Shown: positions 19,952 to 28,010 of the stretch, one piece after another | Position numbering within the stretch: position 1 is the stretch's first letter | How the letters are laid out: every line of letters begins with the position of its first letter | Assembly: GCA_934101145.1 (NCBI GenBank) | Contig: CAKOPZ010000004.1 | Location: 11,652-75,651 of the forward strand | Length of the DNA: 64,000 bases | Source: an uncultured Clostridia bacterium | GTDB taxonomy: Bacteria; Bacillota; Clostridia; TANB77; CAG-508 | Reading direction: 5' to 3' | Made by a program: the position numbers and the translations under genes | The notes under the pieces: generated by a model | Databases searched by the model: none | What the model saw: only the letters and a program-made list of their open reading frames with translations | Told to the model about the DNA's origin: nothing

Positions 19952-21694
19952 ATGAAGAAAAAAAACATTTTTATTGTACTTATAATTGTCATACTAATAG
20001 CAATTGTAATAGCAGGAGTATTAATTTATTTTAACAATAAGGCAAAATATGATTTTGAAATAACAAAGGTAACCCAAATTAATTATCATGTTATCAATGA
20101 AAATAATAAGTATGGTGTAATTGATCGTGATGGAAATGTAGTAGTTGAAGCAAAATATGAGGTTGTACAAATACCAGACCCATCAAAAGATATATTTATA
20201 TGTTTATATGATTACAACTCTGAGGAAAAAGATTACAGTTCAGATGTATTTAATTCTAAGGGAGAAAAATTATATCAAAAATACGAAAATGTTCAAGCTA
20301 TTCCAACAGAGACAACATATGATGGAATTCCTTTTGAAAAAACAGTTCTAAAATTTAAAAAAGATGGCAAGTATGGACTAATTGATTTAGATGGTAAACA
20401 AATTTTAAAACCAGAATATGAAAGTATAACGGCTATTCCATACAAAGAAGGAATGTTAATTGTAAAAAAAGATGAAAAATGTGGCGCGGTAAATATCAAT
20501 GGTAAAATTCTAATTCCTATAGAATATGAAAGCATAACAGCTGATAATTATTATAGTGACCAAACTATGTATAAAACAACTGGATTTATAGTAAGCAAGA
20601 AAAGTGATGAAGGATACAGATATGGTTATATAGACTATAAAGGTAAGACAATTGCTAAAACAGAATATACACAGATTGATAGAGTAACTGATGTGGAAGA
20701 TGATAAAAAAGTATATTTAGTTGCATACAAAAATGGACAAGCGGGACTATTAAAAAATAAAAAAGTAGTTTTAAATTATGAATATGAAGATATAAGCTAT
20801 AATGCATATAATGATGTATTTGTTGTAAAAAGAAATTCTAAGGAAGGCATTGCAGATAAACAAGGAAAAATAAAAATACCTACAGAATATACAGATATAT
20901 CATTTGGAGGAATATATGTAAATGCATATAAAGATGGACAGTTTATATTGCTTGATCTAAATGGAAATGTAATAGAAAATCAAGATATAGTTACAAAACT
21001 TCCAACAAAAGATGGAAAGCATTATATTGTAGCAGATAAAAATGAGATGTATGACATTACAGACTTAAATGGCGAAAGCATGATAGAAAATAGTTATGCA
21101 TATATGGAAGAAATTGAACCAAATTATTTTGTTGTAGGAAATAACAACAAAAATGGAATAATTGATTTATCAGGTAAAGCATTTGTTGATTTGAAATATA
21201 ATAGTATATTCCGTATTGATGGAACAGATTTACTACAAGCCAATATATCAGATAATAATACAATAAGTTTAATAGATAAAAAAACAATGAAAATACTTGC
21301 TACAATGGATAATGCAAGTGTTGAAATTGATGACAACTATATAAGACTTTATTCAGATAAAGAAAGTAAATATTTTAGTGATACAGGTAAGGAACTAATT
21401 ACAAGAGATGTATTTCCAAACAATGAACTATATGCAAAAGAAGTTGATGGTAAATGGGGATTTGCAGATAGAAGCGGAAATATAAAAGTTGAATGTAAAT
21501 ATGATATGGTAACAGAATTTAATGAATACGGATTTGCAGGAATAAAGAAAAATGGCAAATGGGGTTCAATAAATTCAAAAGGCGAAGTTGTTCAAGAACC
21601 TAAATATAAAATAAGTTGGACAAACCCTATTTTTGTAGGAAAATATTATCAATCAGAAGAATGGCATGGAGATACTTATTTTACTAATAAATAG
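19952..21694 (+). CDS. WG-repeat (KWG) membrane-anchored protein
   Basis: N-terminal TM, then many K(Y/W)G(V/L/F)ID..G..(I/V).P.YE repeats. Confidence 0.65.
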   Translation: MKKKNIFIVLIIVILIAIVIAGVLIYFNNKAKYDFEITKVTQINYHVINENNKYGVIDRDGNVVVEAKYEVVQIPDPSKDIFICLYDYNSEEKDYSSDVFNSKGEKLYQKYENVQAIPTETTYDGIPFEKTVLKFKKDGKYGLIDLDGKQILKPEYESITAIPYKEGMLIVKKDEKCGAVNINGKILIPIEYESITADNYYSDQTMYKTTGFIVSKKSDEGYRYGYIDYKGKTIAKTEYTQIDRVTDVEDDKKVYLVAYKNGQAGLLKNKKVVLNYEYEDISYNAYNDVFVVKRNSKEGIADKQGKIKIPTEYTDISFGGIYVNAYKDGQFILLDLNGNVIENQDIVTKLPTKDGKHYIVADKNEMYDITDLNGESMIENSYAYMEEIEPNYFVVGNNNKNGIIDLSGKAFVDLKYNSIFRIDGTDLLQANISDNNTISLIDKKTMKILATMDNASVEIDDNYIRLYSDKESKYFSDTGKELITRDVFPNNELYAKEVDGKWGFADRSGNIKVECKYDMVTEFNEYGFAGIKKNGKWGSINSKGEVVQEPKYKISWTNPIFVGKYYQSEEWHGDTYFTNK

Positions 21695-21721
21695 ATATAC
21701 AGTAAGAAAGAAGGAACGAAA

Positions 21722-22999
21722 ATGAACAAAAATGAATATAGAGAATATGGAATATCAGATAAAATAATAGAACTTGCAGAAGAAACTGAAAAAAATGTTA
21801 AAGCTATTTTTGAAGAGATAGATGATGTGGGTGAGTACAATACTTTGAAAGTTTTAAAAGCATTTCAAGATAATAATATATCAGATATGCACTTTGGAAG
21901 TACAACAGGTTATGGATATGGAGATATTGGAAGAGATACAACAGAAAAAGTATTTGCGCAAGTATTAAAAGCAGAGGATAGCTTAGTAAGAGGGCAATTT
22001 ATATCAGGAACACATGCTTTAACTGTTACATTATTTGCACTTCTTAGACCTGGAGATACACTTTTAAGTATCACAGGAAAACCATATGATACATTAGATG
22101 AAGTTATAGGAATAGTTGATAATCCAAGTTCTTTAAAATCATTTAATGTAAATTTTGAACAGATTGAGTTAATAACAGATGAACAAAATCATGAAAATGA
22201 TGATTTTGATTATAGTGCTATAGAAAATAGATTAAAACAGGGAAAAGTAAAAGTTATAGAAATACAACGTTCTAAAGGATATAGTAGTAGAAAAAGTATT
22301 TCAATAGAGCAAATAGAAAAAGTTGTAAAATGCATCAGAAATATTGATAAAGATGTAACTATAATGATCGATAATTGTTATTGTGAATTTGTTGGAAAAA
22401 AGGAACCTTTAGAAGTAGGAGCAGATGTTATAGTAGGGTCACTTATAAAAAATTTAGGTGGGGGAATTGCACCAAATGGAGCATATGTAGCAGGAAGAAA
22501 AGATTTAATACAGCTTGTAGCAGAAAGACTTACAGCCCCTGGAGAAGGAAAAGAAGTTGGACCAACACTTGGAATAACAAAATCAATTTTGCAAGGACTA
22601 TTTATGGCACCACAAGTAGTAGCAAGTAGTTTAAAGACTGCAGTTTTTGCAAGTTATGCATTAGATAAACTTGGATTTGATGCAAGACCAAAATATAATG
22701 ATAAAAGAGCTGACATAGTTCAAACAGTTAATTTTAATGATGAAGAAAAACTTATAAAATACTGTCAGGGTATTCAAATGGGTTCTCCAGTAGATAGTAA
22801 TTCAATCCCAGAGCCATGGGATATGCCAGGATATACTGATAAAGTAATAATGGCTGCTGGAGCATTTACACAAGGTTCATCAATAGAACTTTCATGCGAT
22901 GGTCCAATAAGACCTCCATATACCGCATTTATGCAAGGGGGACTTACATATTATTATGGAAAAATAGGTGTAATGAAAGCTTTAGAAAATATATTATAG
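21722..22999 (+). CDS. YnbB / aluminium-resistance family PLP enzyme (Met gamma-lyase-like)
   Basis: HFGSTTGYGYGDIGRD motif, typical of this family as I recall it. Confidence 0.65.
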   Translation: MNKNEYREYGISDKIIELAEETEKNVKAIFEEIDDVGEYNTLKVLKAFQDNNISDMHFGSTTGYGYGDIGRDTTEKVFAQVLKAEDSLVRGQFISGTHALTVTLFALLRPGDTLLSITGKPYDTLDEVIGIVDNPSSLKSFNVNFEQIELITDEQNHENDDFDYSAIENRLKQGKVKVIEIQRSKGYSSRKSISIEQIEKVVKCIRNIDKDVTIMIDNCYCEFVGKKEPLEVGADVIVGSLIKNLGGGIAPNGAYVAGRKDLIQLVAERLTAPGEGKEVGPTLGITKSILQGLFMAPQVVASSLKTAVFASYALDKLGFDARPKYNDKRADIVQTVNFNDEEKLIKYCQGIQMGSPVDSNSIPEPWDMPGYTDKVIMAAGAFTQGSSIELSCDGPIRPPYTAFMQGGLTYYYGKIGVMKALENIL

Positions 23000-23015
23000 A
23001 AAGTAGATATAAAAA

Positions 23016-24285
23016 ATGAAAGTAGTAATAATACGGAGGTGGACCAGCAGGAATGCTTGCAGGTATCTCCTCTGCATCAAATGGAACAAATGAAGTAACA
23101 ATACTTGAAAAAAATGATATGCTTGGAAAAAAACTTTTAATAACAGGAAAAGGTAGATGCAATATAACAAGCAGTCTTCCAATAGAAGAATTTATGAATA
23201 ATATACCAGGCAATAGTATGTTTTTATATAGTAGCTTCCACAATTTTGATAATTTAGATATAATAAATTTATTAAAACAGGAAGGAGTAGAAGTAAAAGA
23301 GGAAAGAGGAAATAGAGTATTTCCTGTATCAGATAAATCAAGAGATGTCAAGGCTGCATTAATTCATAGATTAAAAGAATTAAATGTGAAAATTCAGACA
23401 AATTGTGATGTTAAGGACATTTGTATTAAAGATGGAAAAGTTGAAAAAGTGATTTATACATCAAATGGAAAGATTCATGAAATATTGGCTGATAAAGTAA
23501 TACTTGCAACAGGTGGAAAAAGTTATCCAGGAACAGGTTCAACAGGAGATGGGTATAAATTAGCAGAAAAACTTGGACATCATTGTACAAAAATAAGACC
23601 ATCACTTGTTCCAATGGTAGCAAGTAAAAAAGATGTTTCAATATGCAAGAAAATGCAAGGATTAAGTTTAAGAAATGTTGGAATAAAATTTAAGGATATT
23701 TCTAAAAATAAAACTATATATGAAGATTTTGGAGAAATGCTATTTACACATTTTGGAGTATCTGGGCCAACAATATTAAGTGGTTCGGCATATATTCTAA
23801 GATATCCAAAAGTAGATGAGCTATTAAAACAATCTTTAATAAAACTTATAATTGATTTAAAACCAGCATTATCAGAAGAAAAGCTTGATGAAAGAATACT
23901 TAGAGATTTTTCTGAAAATAAGAATAAAGCATTAAAAAATAGTTTAGATAAACTGTTACCTAAAAAAATGATAGATGTTTTTATAGAGCTTTCTAATATT
24001 TCACCTGATAAGAAAATAAATGAAATAACAAAAAAAGAAAGAGAAAATATAGTACATTTATTAAAAAACTTTGAGATAACAATAGGTGACTTTGGAGATA
24101 TAAATACAGCAATAGTAACATCAGGAGGAATAAATATAAAAGAGATAAATCCAAAAACAATGGAATCTAAATTAATAAGAGGATTATTCTTTGCAGGAGA
24201 ATTGATAGATGTAGACGCATATACGGGAGGATTTAATTTACAAATAGCATATTCAACAGGATATACTGCAGGTATGGAAAATTAA
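23016..24285 (+). pseudogene. HI0933/YhiN-like FAD flavoprotein with +1 frameshift in codon 7
   Basis: ATG 23016 gives MKVVII. Then an extra C at 23034 shifts GGGPAGMLAG out of frame. Removing it restores the MKVVIIGGGPAGMLAGIS.. dinucleotide-binding motif. The track ORF starts at 23053. Confidence 0.7.
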
Positions 24286-24304
24286 ATTTAACTGAAAGGA
24301 AAAG

Positions 24305-24943
24305 ATGATGGAACAGTTTAAAACAATTATGCAAGATGCACAGGCAGAAATAGAAGAAAAGAAATCTCGATTTATAGCAAATGTTTATTATATAGAGAAA
24401 ACAGAAGAAGCAGAAGCGCACTTGCAACATATAAGAAAAAAGTATTTTGATGCAAGACATAACTGCTTTGCTTACCGCATTTTAGAAGAAAATGGAGTAA
24501 AGGAAAAACAATCTGATGATGGAGAACCAAGTGGAACTGCAGGAGCACCAATGTTAAATATATTACAAAAAAACAATTTATATAATGTTTTAATTGTTGT
24601 AACAAGATATTTTGGAGGAACACTTTTGGGAACAGGAGGACTTGTAAGAGCATATTCAGATGCAACAATTAAATCATTAGAAAATGCGAAAGTTATAATT
24701 CAAACTAAAGGTTATTTAATCAATGTGGTAATTGAATATAAGGACTTAGAAAAATTTAAATATTATTGTCGTATGCATGGAATTATAATTGTAAATACAG
24801 TTTATGAAAATAATATTATATGTACTATAGAAATATCAAAAAACGAAAAAGAAAACTTATTAGGAAAAGAACAAAAAGAAATAACAATTTTAAGAAATAC
24901 TGTAATTAGGGAAAAATATATAAGAATAAACATAGAAGAATAA
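24305..24943 (+). CDS. YigZ / IMPACT-family protein (UPF0029)
   Basis: RHNCFAYRI and DDGEPSGTAGAPML motifs. Confidence 0.75.
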   Translation: MMEQFKTIMQDAQAEIEEKKSRFIANVYYIEKTEEAEAHLQHIRKKYFDARHNCFAYRILEENGVKEKQSDDGEPSGTAGAPMLNILQKNNLYNVLIVVTRYFGGTLLGTGGLVRAYSDATIKSLENAKVIIQTKGYLINVVIEYKDLEKFKYYCRMHGIIIVNTVYENNIICTIEISKNEKENLLGKEQKEITILRNTVIREKYIRINIEE

Positions 24944-25049
24944 GATAAAATGTACATATTAGAAAAAATTTCCAAAAACTATTGCAATAAAATGGAAATA
25001 AATGTATAATTAAAACTGTAAAAAATTTACAATTATGAATTAGGGGGAA

Positions 25050-25874
25050 ATGAATTTGAACGAGAAAATTAGAATTTTGGTGGCTGACGATAATAAGGAA
25101 TTTGGAGATACACTTGTAAGTTATTTAGAAAAAGAAGAAAACTTTGAGGTTGTTGGTATTGCAAGAGACGGCAATCAAGCTGTTGATGAAATAACAATGA
25201 TGAAGCCTGATATTGTTTTGCTTGATATCATTATGCCACATTTAGATGGGCTTGGTGTCTTAGAAAAATTAAATGAAAGAAATATAGAAAATAAACCTAT
25301 GTGTATTATTTTATCAGCGGTTGGACAAGATAAAATTACTCAAAGGGCAATTGATCTTGGTGCTCAATATTACATAGTTAAACCATTTGATATTCAAATT
25401 TTAGTAAAAAGAATAAAAGAACTAAAATATTATCAACCATCACAATATAAAAATAATTTTATTAGTAGAGAAATAAAAACACAATATATAGATATATCCC
25501 CAGAAGAGAAAAAGAATGAAGAAAACTTAGAAGCACTTGTTACAAATGTAATACATGAAGTTGGTGTACCAGCTCATATTAAAGGTTACCAATATTTAAG
25601 AGAAGCAATTATAATGGTAGTAAATAATATTGAAGTTATAAATCAAATAACAAAACAATTATATCCAGATATTGCTAAAAAATATGGAACAACTCCATCA
25701 AGAGTAGAAAGAGCAATACGTCATGCAATAGAAGTTGCATGGGGAAGAGGTCAAGCAGATGTTGTTGAAAGTATATTTGGATATACTGTTTCAGCATCAA
25801 AAGGCAAGCCAACAAATAGTGAATTTATAGCAATGATTGCTGATAAATTAAGACTAGAATTAAAAACAGCGTAA
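25050..25874 (+). CDS. spo0A: Sporulation master regulator Spo0A
   Basis: Receiver domain ([14 protein letters not shown]) plus a Spo0A-C domain ([12 protein letters not shown].., [15 protein letters not shown]). Confidence 0.92.
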   Translation: MNLNEKIRILVADDNKEFGDTLVSYLEKEENFEVVGIARDGNQAVDEITMMKPDIVLLDIIMPHLDGLGVLEKLNERNIENKPMCIILSAVGQDKITQRAIDLGAQYYIVKPFDIQILVKRIKELKYYQPSQYKNNFISREIKTQYIDISPEEKKNEENLEALVTNVIHEVGVPAHIKGYQYLREAIIMVVNNIEVINQITKQLYPDIAKKYGTTPSRVERAIRHAIEVAWGRGQADVVESIFGYTVSASKGKPTNSEFIAMIADKLRLELKTA

Positions 25875-25880
25875 ATAATA

Positions 25881-25906
25881 AACCCAGTACGATTTTGTAC
25901 CGGGTT
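25881..25906 (+). terminator. Hairpin after spo0A
   Basis: AACCCAGTAC-gatttt-GTACCGGGTT. There is no clear T-run, so efficiency is uncertain. Confidence 0.45.
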
Positions 25907-26213
25907 AAATTATATAGGGGTACACAAAAAAAGATGGTACAAAAGTGCCAGAACATAGACGCTCAACACCAAATTAATATTTAAAGCATATAATGTTCCC
26001 GAAAATAGTCAAACTAATTTTATGTGTAATCCTTTTAAAAATTGATACAATACCTACAATTATAACTTTAGCGATTGATATGATTGATAAACTTTTTTTG
26101 AAAGGGGAAAGTAAAATGAAAAAAATAAATTGCAAGAATGGTAAAGACCTTTGTATATATGGGGTTGCAAAATAAATATGTTTGATGAAGATAGGTAAAT
26201 AATTATAGATAAA

Positions 26214-26246
26214 GGTCGAGGTGGTTCGAGTCCACTCCCAAATCCA
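26214..26246 (+). other. tRNA 3'-half-like fragment (T-arm plus acceptor strand)
   Basis: GGTGG-TTCGAGT-CCACT T-arm followed by CCCAAATCCA. No matching 5' acceptor strand was found upstream. Confidence 0.35.
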
Positions 26247-26574
26247 TTATATAAAGAATAGATGATTAAGTTCATTTATTCTTATTTTTTATTTCTAGGA
26301 AATAGCATTTTAAAATGTATAATTTGTTATATTTTATAATTTCTTTAGAAATTTTGTGCTTTTTGTAATAAAAGAACTAATATGAAAACGTATTGATAAA
26401 AATTAGAGGTTATGATAAAGAAATGAATAAAAAATAATTGTAAAATTTGTGATATTTGCTTGAAAAATGTAAAAATTTATTGTATAGTAAATGTTGTAGG
26501 AAATGAGATAGCAGATATGTTGTGGCTACCACTTTCAATACTCGATACATTCGAGAGCAAGGAGGTGGTTGTTT

Positions 26575-26676
26575 ATGGGATTTATATTATTTTTAATATA
26601 TGCTTTGGGATTCTCCCTAACTGTAAACGTAGCCTTGTTGTGTATTATATACATAATGTGGACTAATAAACAATAA
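26575..26676 (+). CDS. 33-aa hydrophobic peptide MGFILFLIYALGFSLTVNVALLCIIYIMWTNKQ
   Basis: GGAGGTGG lies 6 nt upstream of the ATG. The position and architecture are conserved in copies B and C. It is too short for the ORF track. Confidence 0.5.
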   Translation: MGFILFLIYALGFSLTVNVALLCIIYIMWTNKQ

Positions 26677-26761
26677 AAAACAACACATTCTGCTTTAGTC
26701 GGTTGGAATGTGTTGTTACAACAATTTATATGGTAGCCACATTCTGTGACTCTCATTTTCT
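26672..26761 (-). ncRNA. Predicted ~90-nt antisense RNA of cassette A
   Basis: The start is inferred ~7 nt after the minus-strand TATAAT. The end is the 26679-26717 hairpin, which is followed by a U-run only on the minus strand. Confidence 0.4.
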
Positions 26762-26958
26762 ATCTTTATTATACACAGCTTTTCCATTTTTGTCAAATGG
26801 ATTTTTTTTATTTTTTTACGAAAATTTTTAGTTCATAAAATTGACAAAGAAAAAATTTTCTACTACAATCAATGCAATAAACATATAGAGGTAAATGCAA
26901 TGAATATTTATTGCATTAGTTATTTTTTAAGAAACAAGAGTTTCACATAAAATTCAAT

Positions 26959-27144
26959 ACAACACCATCTCGTGTAGAAAGAGCAATACGTCATGCAATA
27001 GAGGTTGCATGGGGAAGGGGCCAAGCAGATGTTGTTGAAAGTATATTTGGATATACCGTTTCTGCCAGCAAAGGAAAGCCAACAAATAGCGAATTCATTG
27101 CGATGATAGCTGATAAATTAAGACTTGAATTAAAAACAGCGTAA
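26959..27144 (+). pseudogene. Detached duplicate of the last 62 codons of spo0A
   Basis: It translates to exactly the same 62 aa as 25689-25874, with 21 nt differences in 17 codons, all synonymous. The homology continues through the terminator to 27186. Confidence 0.9.
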
Positions 27145-27325
27145 ATAATAAACCCAGTGCGATTTTGTACTGGGTTAAATTATATAAATGTAAAATATTG
27201 GATTATTACACTAGATAAATAAGTAAAAATATACTATACTATTAAGCATAGGAAATGAGAATAAGCAGATGTGGGTGCTACCACTTTACATACGCAGTTT
27301 ATGCTGTGAGAATGGAGGTGGTGCT

Positions 27326-27436
27326 ATGGAAATATTATTAATTCAATTAATATATCTATTATTCTTCGGATTAATAGGAGTTACTATCATAGCAGTTGCC
27401 TTAATCATAACTTTGGTTATTATTTTGAGCAAATAA
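27326..27436 (+). CDS. 36-aa hydrophobic peptide MEILLIQLIYLLFFGLIGVTIIAVALIITLVIILSK
   Basis: GGAGGTGG SD 6 nt upstream of the ATG. It is a close paralog of the copy C peptide (shared IYLL.FGLI...II..ALII.LVIILSK). Confidence 0.55.
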   Translation: MEILLIQLIYLLFFGLIGVTIIAVALIITLVIILSK

Positions 27437-27522
27437 AAAAACACCACATTATGCCCTGCCAAGCTATGTGGTGTTAAACATATTATATATGGTAGCACAC
27501 ATTTCTGTGGCTTTCATTTCCT
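27432..27522 (-). ncRNA. Predicted ~90-nt antisense RNA of cassette B
   Basis: Consensus minus-strand promoter. AACACCACAT/ATGTGGTGTT hairpin plus a U7 run on the minus strand. Confidence 0.45.
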
Positions 27523-27564
27523 ATAATTATTATACATAGATTAAACAGATTTGTCAAACAAAAA

Positions 27565-27999
27565 TTATTTTTTTTCATTTAATAGATCTTCTAAAGTATG
27601 CCATGCTAAAAGTGCACATTTAACTCTAGCAGGCATATTTGCTATATTTTTGAATGCGATTGCATCTTCTAATTTTGAGTATTCTTCTTCAGAAAGATTT
27701 TCTCTTTTTATCATTTTAATAAAATCTTCTATTATTTCCTTTGCTTGTTCAATTGTTTTATCTTTTAATGTATCAATCATAATAGAAGTTGAAGCTTGAG
27801 AAATTGCACATCCATGTCCTGTAAAAGCCATATCTTTTATGACATTTCCATCTAAAATCAATTCTATTTCGATTTCATCTCCACAATTTGGATTATGACC
27901 TTTACTGCAAAGATCACAATGATCAAGCTTTTTCTTATTATATGAATTCATGCTATGTTCCATTATAAGGTCATTATACATTTCATCTATTTCACTCAT
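27565..27999 (-). CDS. sufU: Fe-S cluster scaffold SufU (IscU/NifU-like)
   Basis: NPNCGDEI, GHGCAIS and PARVKCA cysteine motifs. It is the last gene of the suf operon. Confidence 0.85.
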   Translation of the reverse strand: MSEIDEMYNDLIMEHSMNSYNKKKLDHCDLCSKGHNPNCGDEIEIELILDGNVIKDMAFTGHGCAISQASTSIMIDTLKDKTIEQAKEIIEDFIKMIKRENLSEEEYSKLEDAIAFKNIANMPARVKCALLAWHTLEDLLNEKK

Positions 28000-28010
28000 C
28001 TTACTACTCC

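Larger units (their letters stand above)
26460..26809. other. Peptide/antisense cassette copy A (type I TA-like)
   Basis: Plus strand: TTGAAA-17-TATAGT (26460-26488). Minus strand: TTGACA-17-TATAAT (26796-26768). The 5' TAGGAAATGAGA..GTGGCTACCA is complementary to the 3' TGGTAGCCAC..TCTCATTTTCTA. Internal hairpin at 26679-26717. Confidence 0.6.
27206..27557. other. Peptide/antisense cassette copy B (type I TA-like)
   Basis: Plus-strand -10 candidates TATACT at 27230 and 27235. Minus strand: TTGACA-17-TATAAT (27557-27529). 5' TAGGAAATGA..TGCTACCA versus 3' TGGTAGCA..TCATTTCCTA. Hairpin at 27440-27475. Confidence 0.6.

Noticed and set aside
22944-23351. 135-aa minus-strand ORF, plus similar antisense ORFs at 57883..58344, 39559..39960, 18980..19294 and 60519..61232
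   Set aside because: All of them lie opposite strongly supported genes, lack RBSs and have the skewed composition typical of antisense frames in AT-rich DNA.
25993-26175. 60-aa ORF and an internal RBS-preceded 19-aa Cys-containing peptide (MKKINCKNGKDLCIYGVAK)
   Set aside because: The long ORF has no RBS. The short one has a GGGGA RBS but no other support (no paralog, promoter or terminator pattern), so it is too speculative to call.
26460-26756. Track ORFs 26460..26666 (+) and 26535..26756 (-), and likewise 38000..38209 (-)
   Set aside because: They run through the structured cassette RNAs in frames that are not conserved between the three copies. Only the short SD-preceded peptide frame is conserved.
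27551-27799. 82-aa plus-strand ORF
   Set aside because: It is an antisense shadow of sufU.
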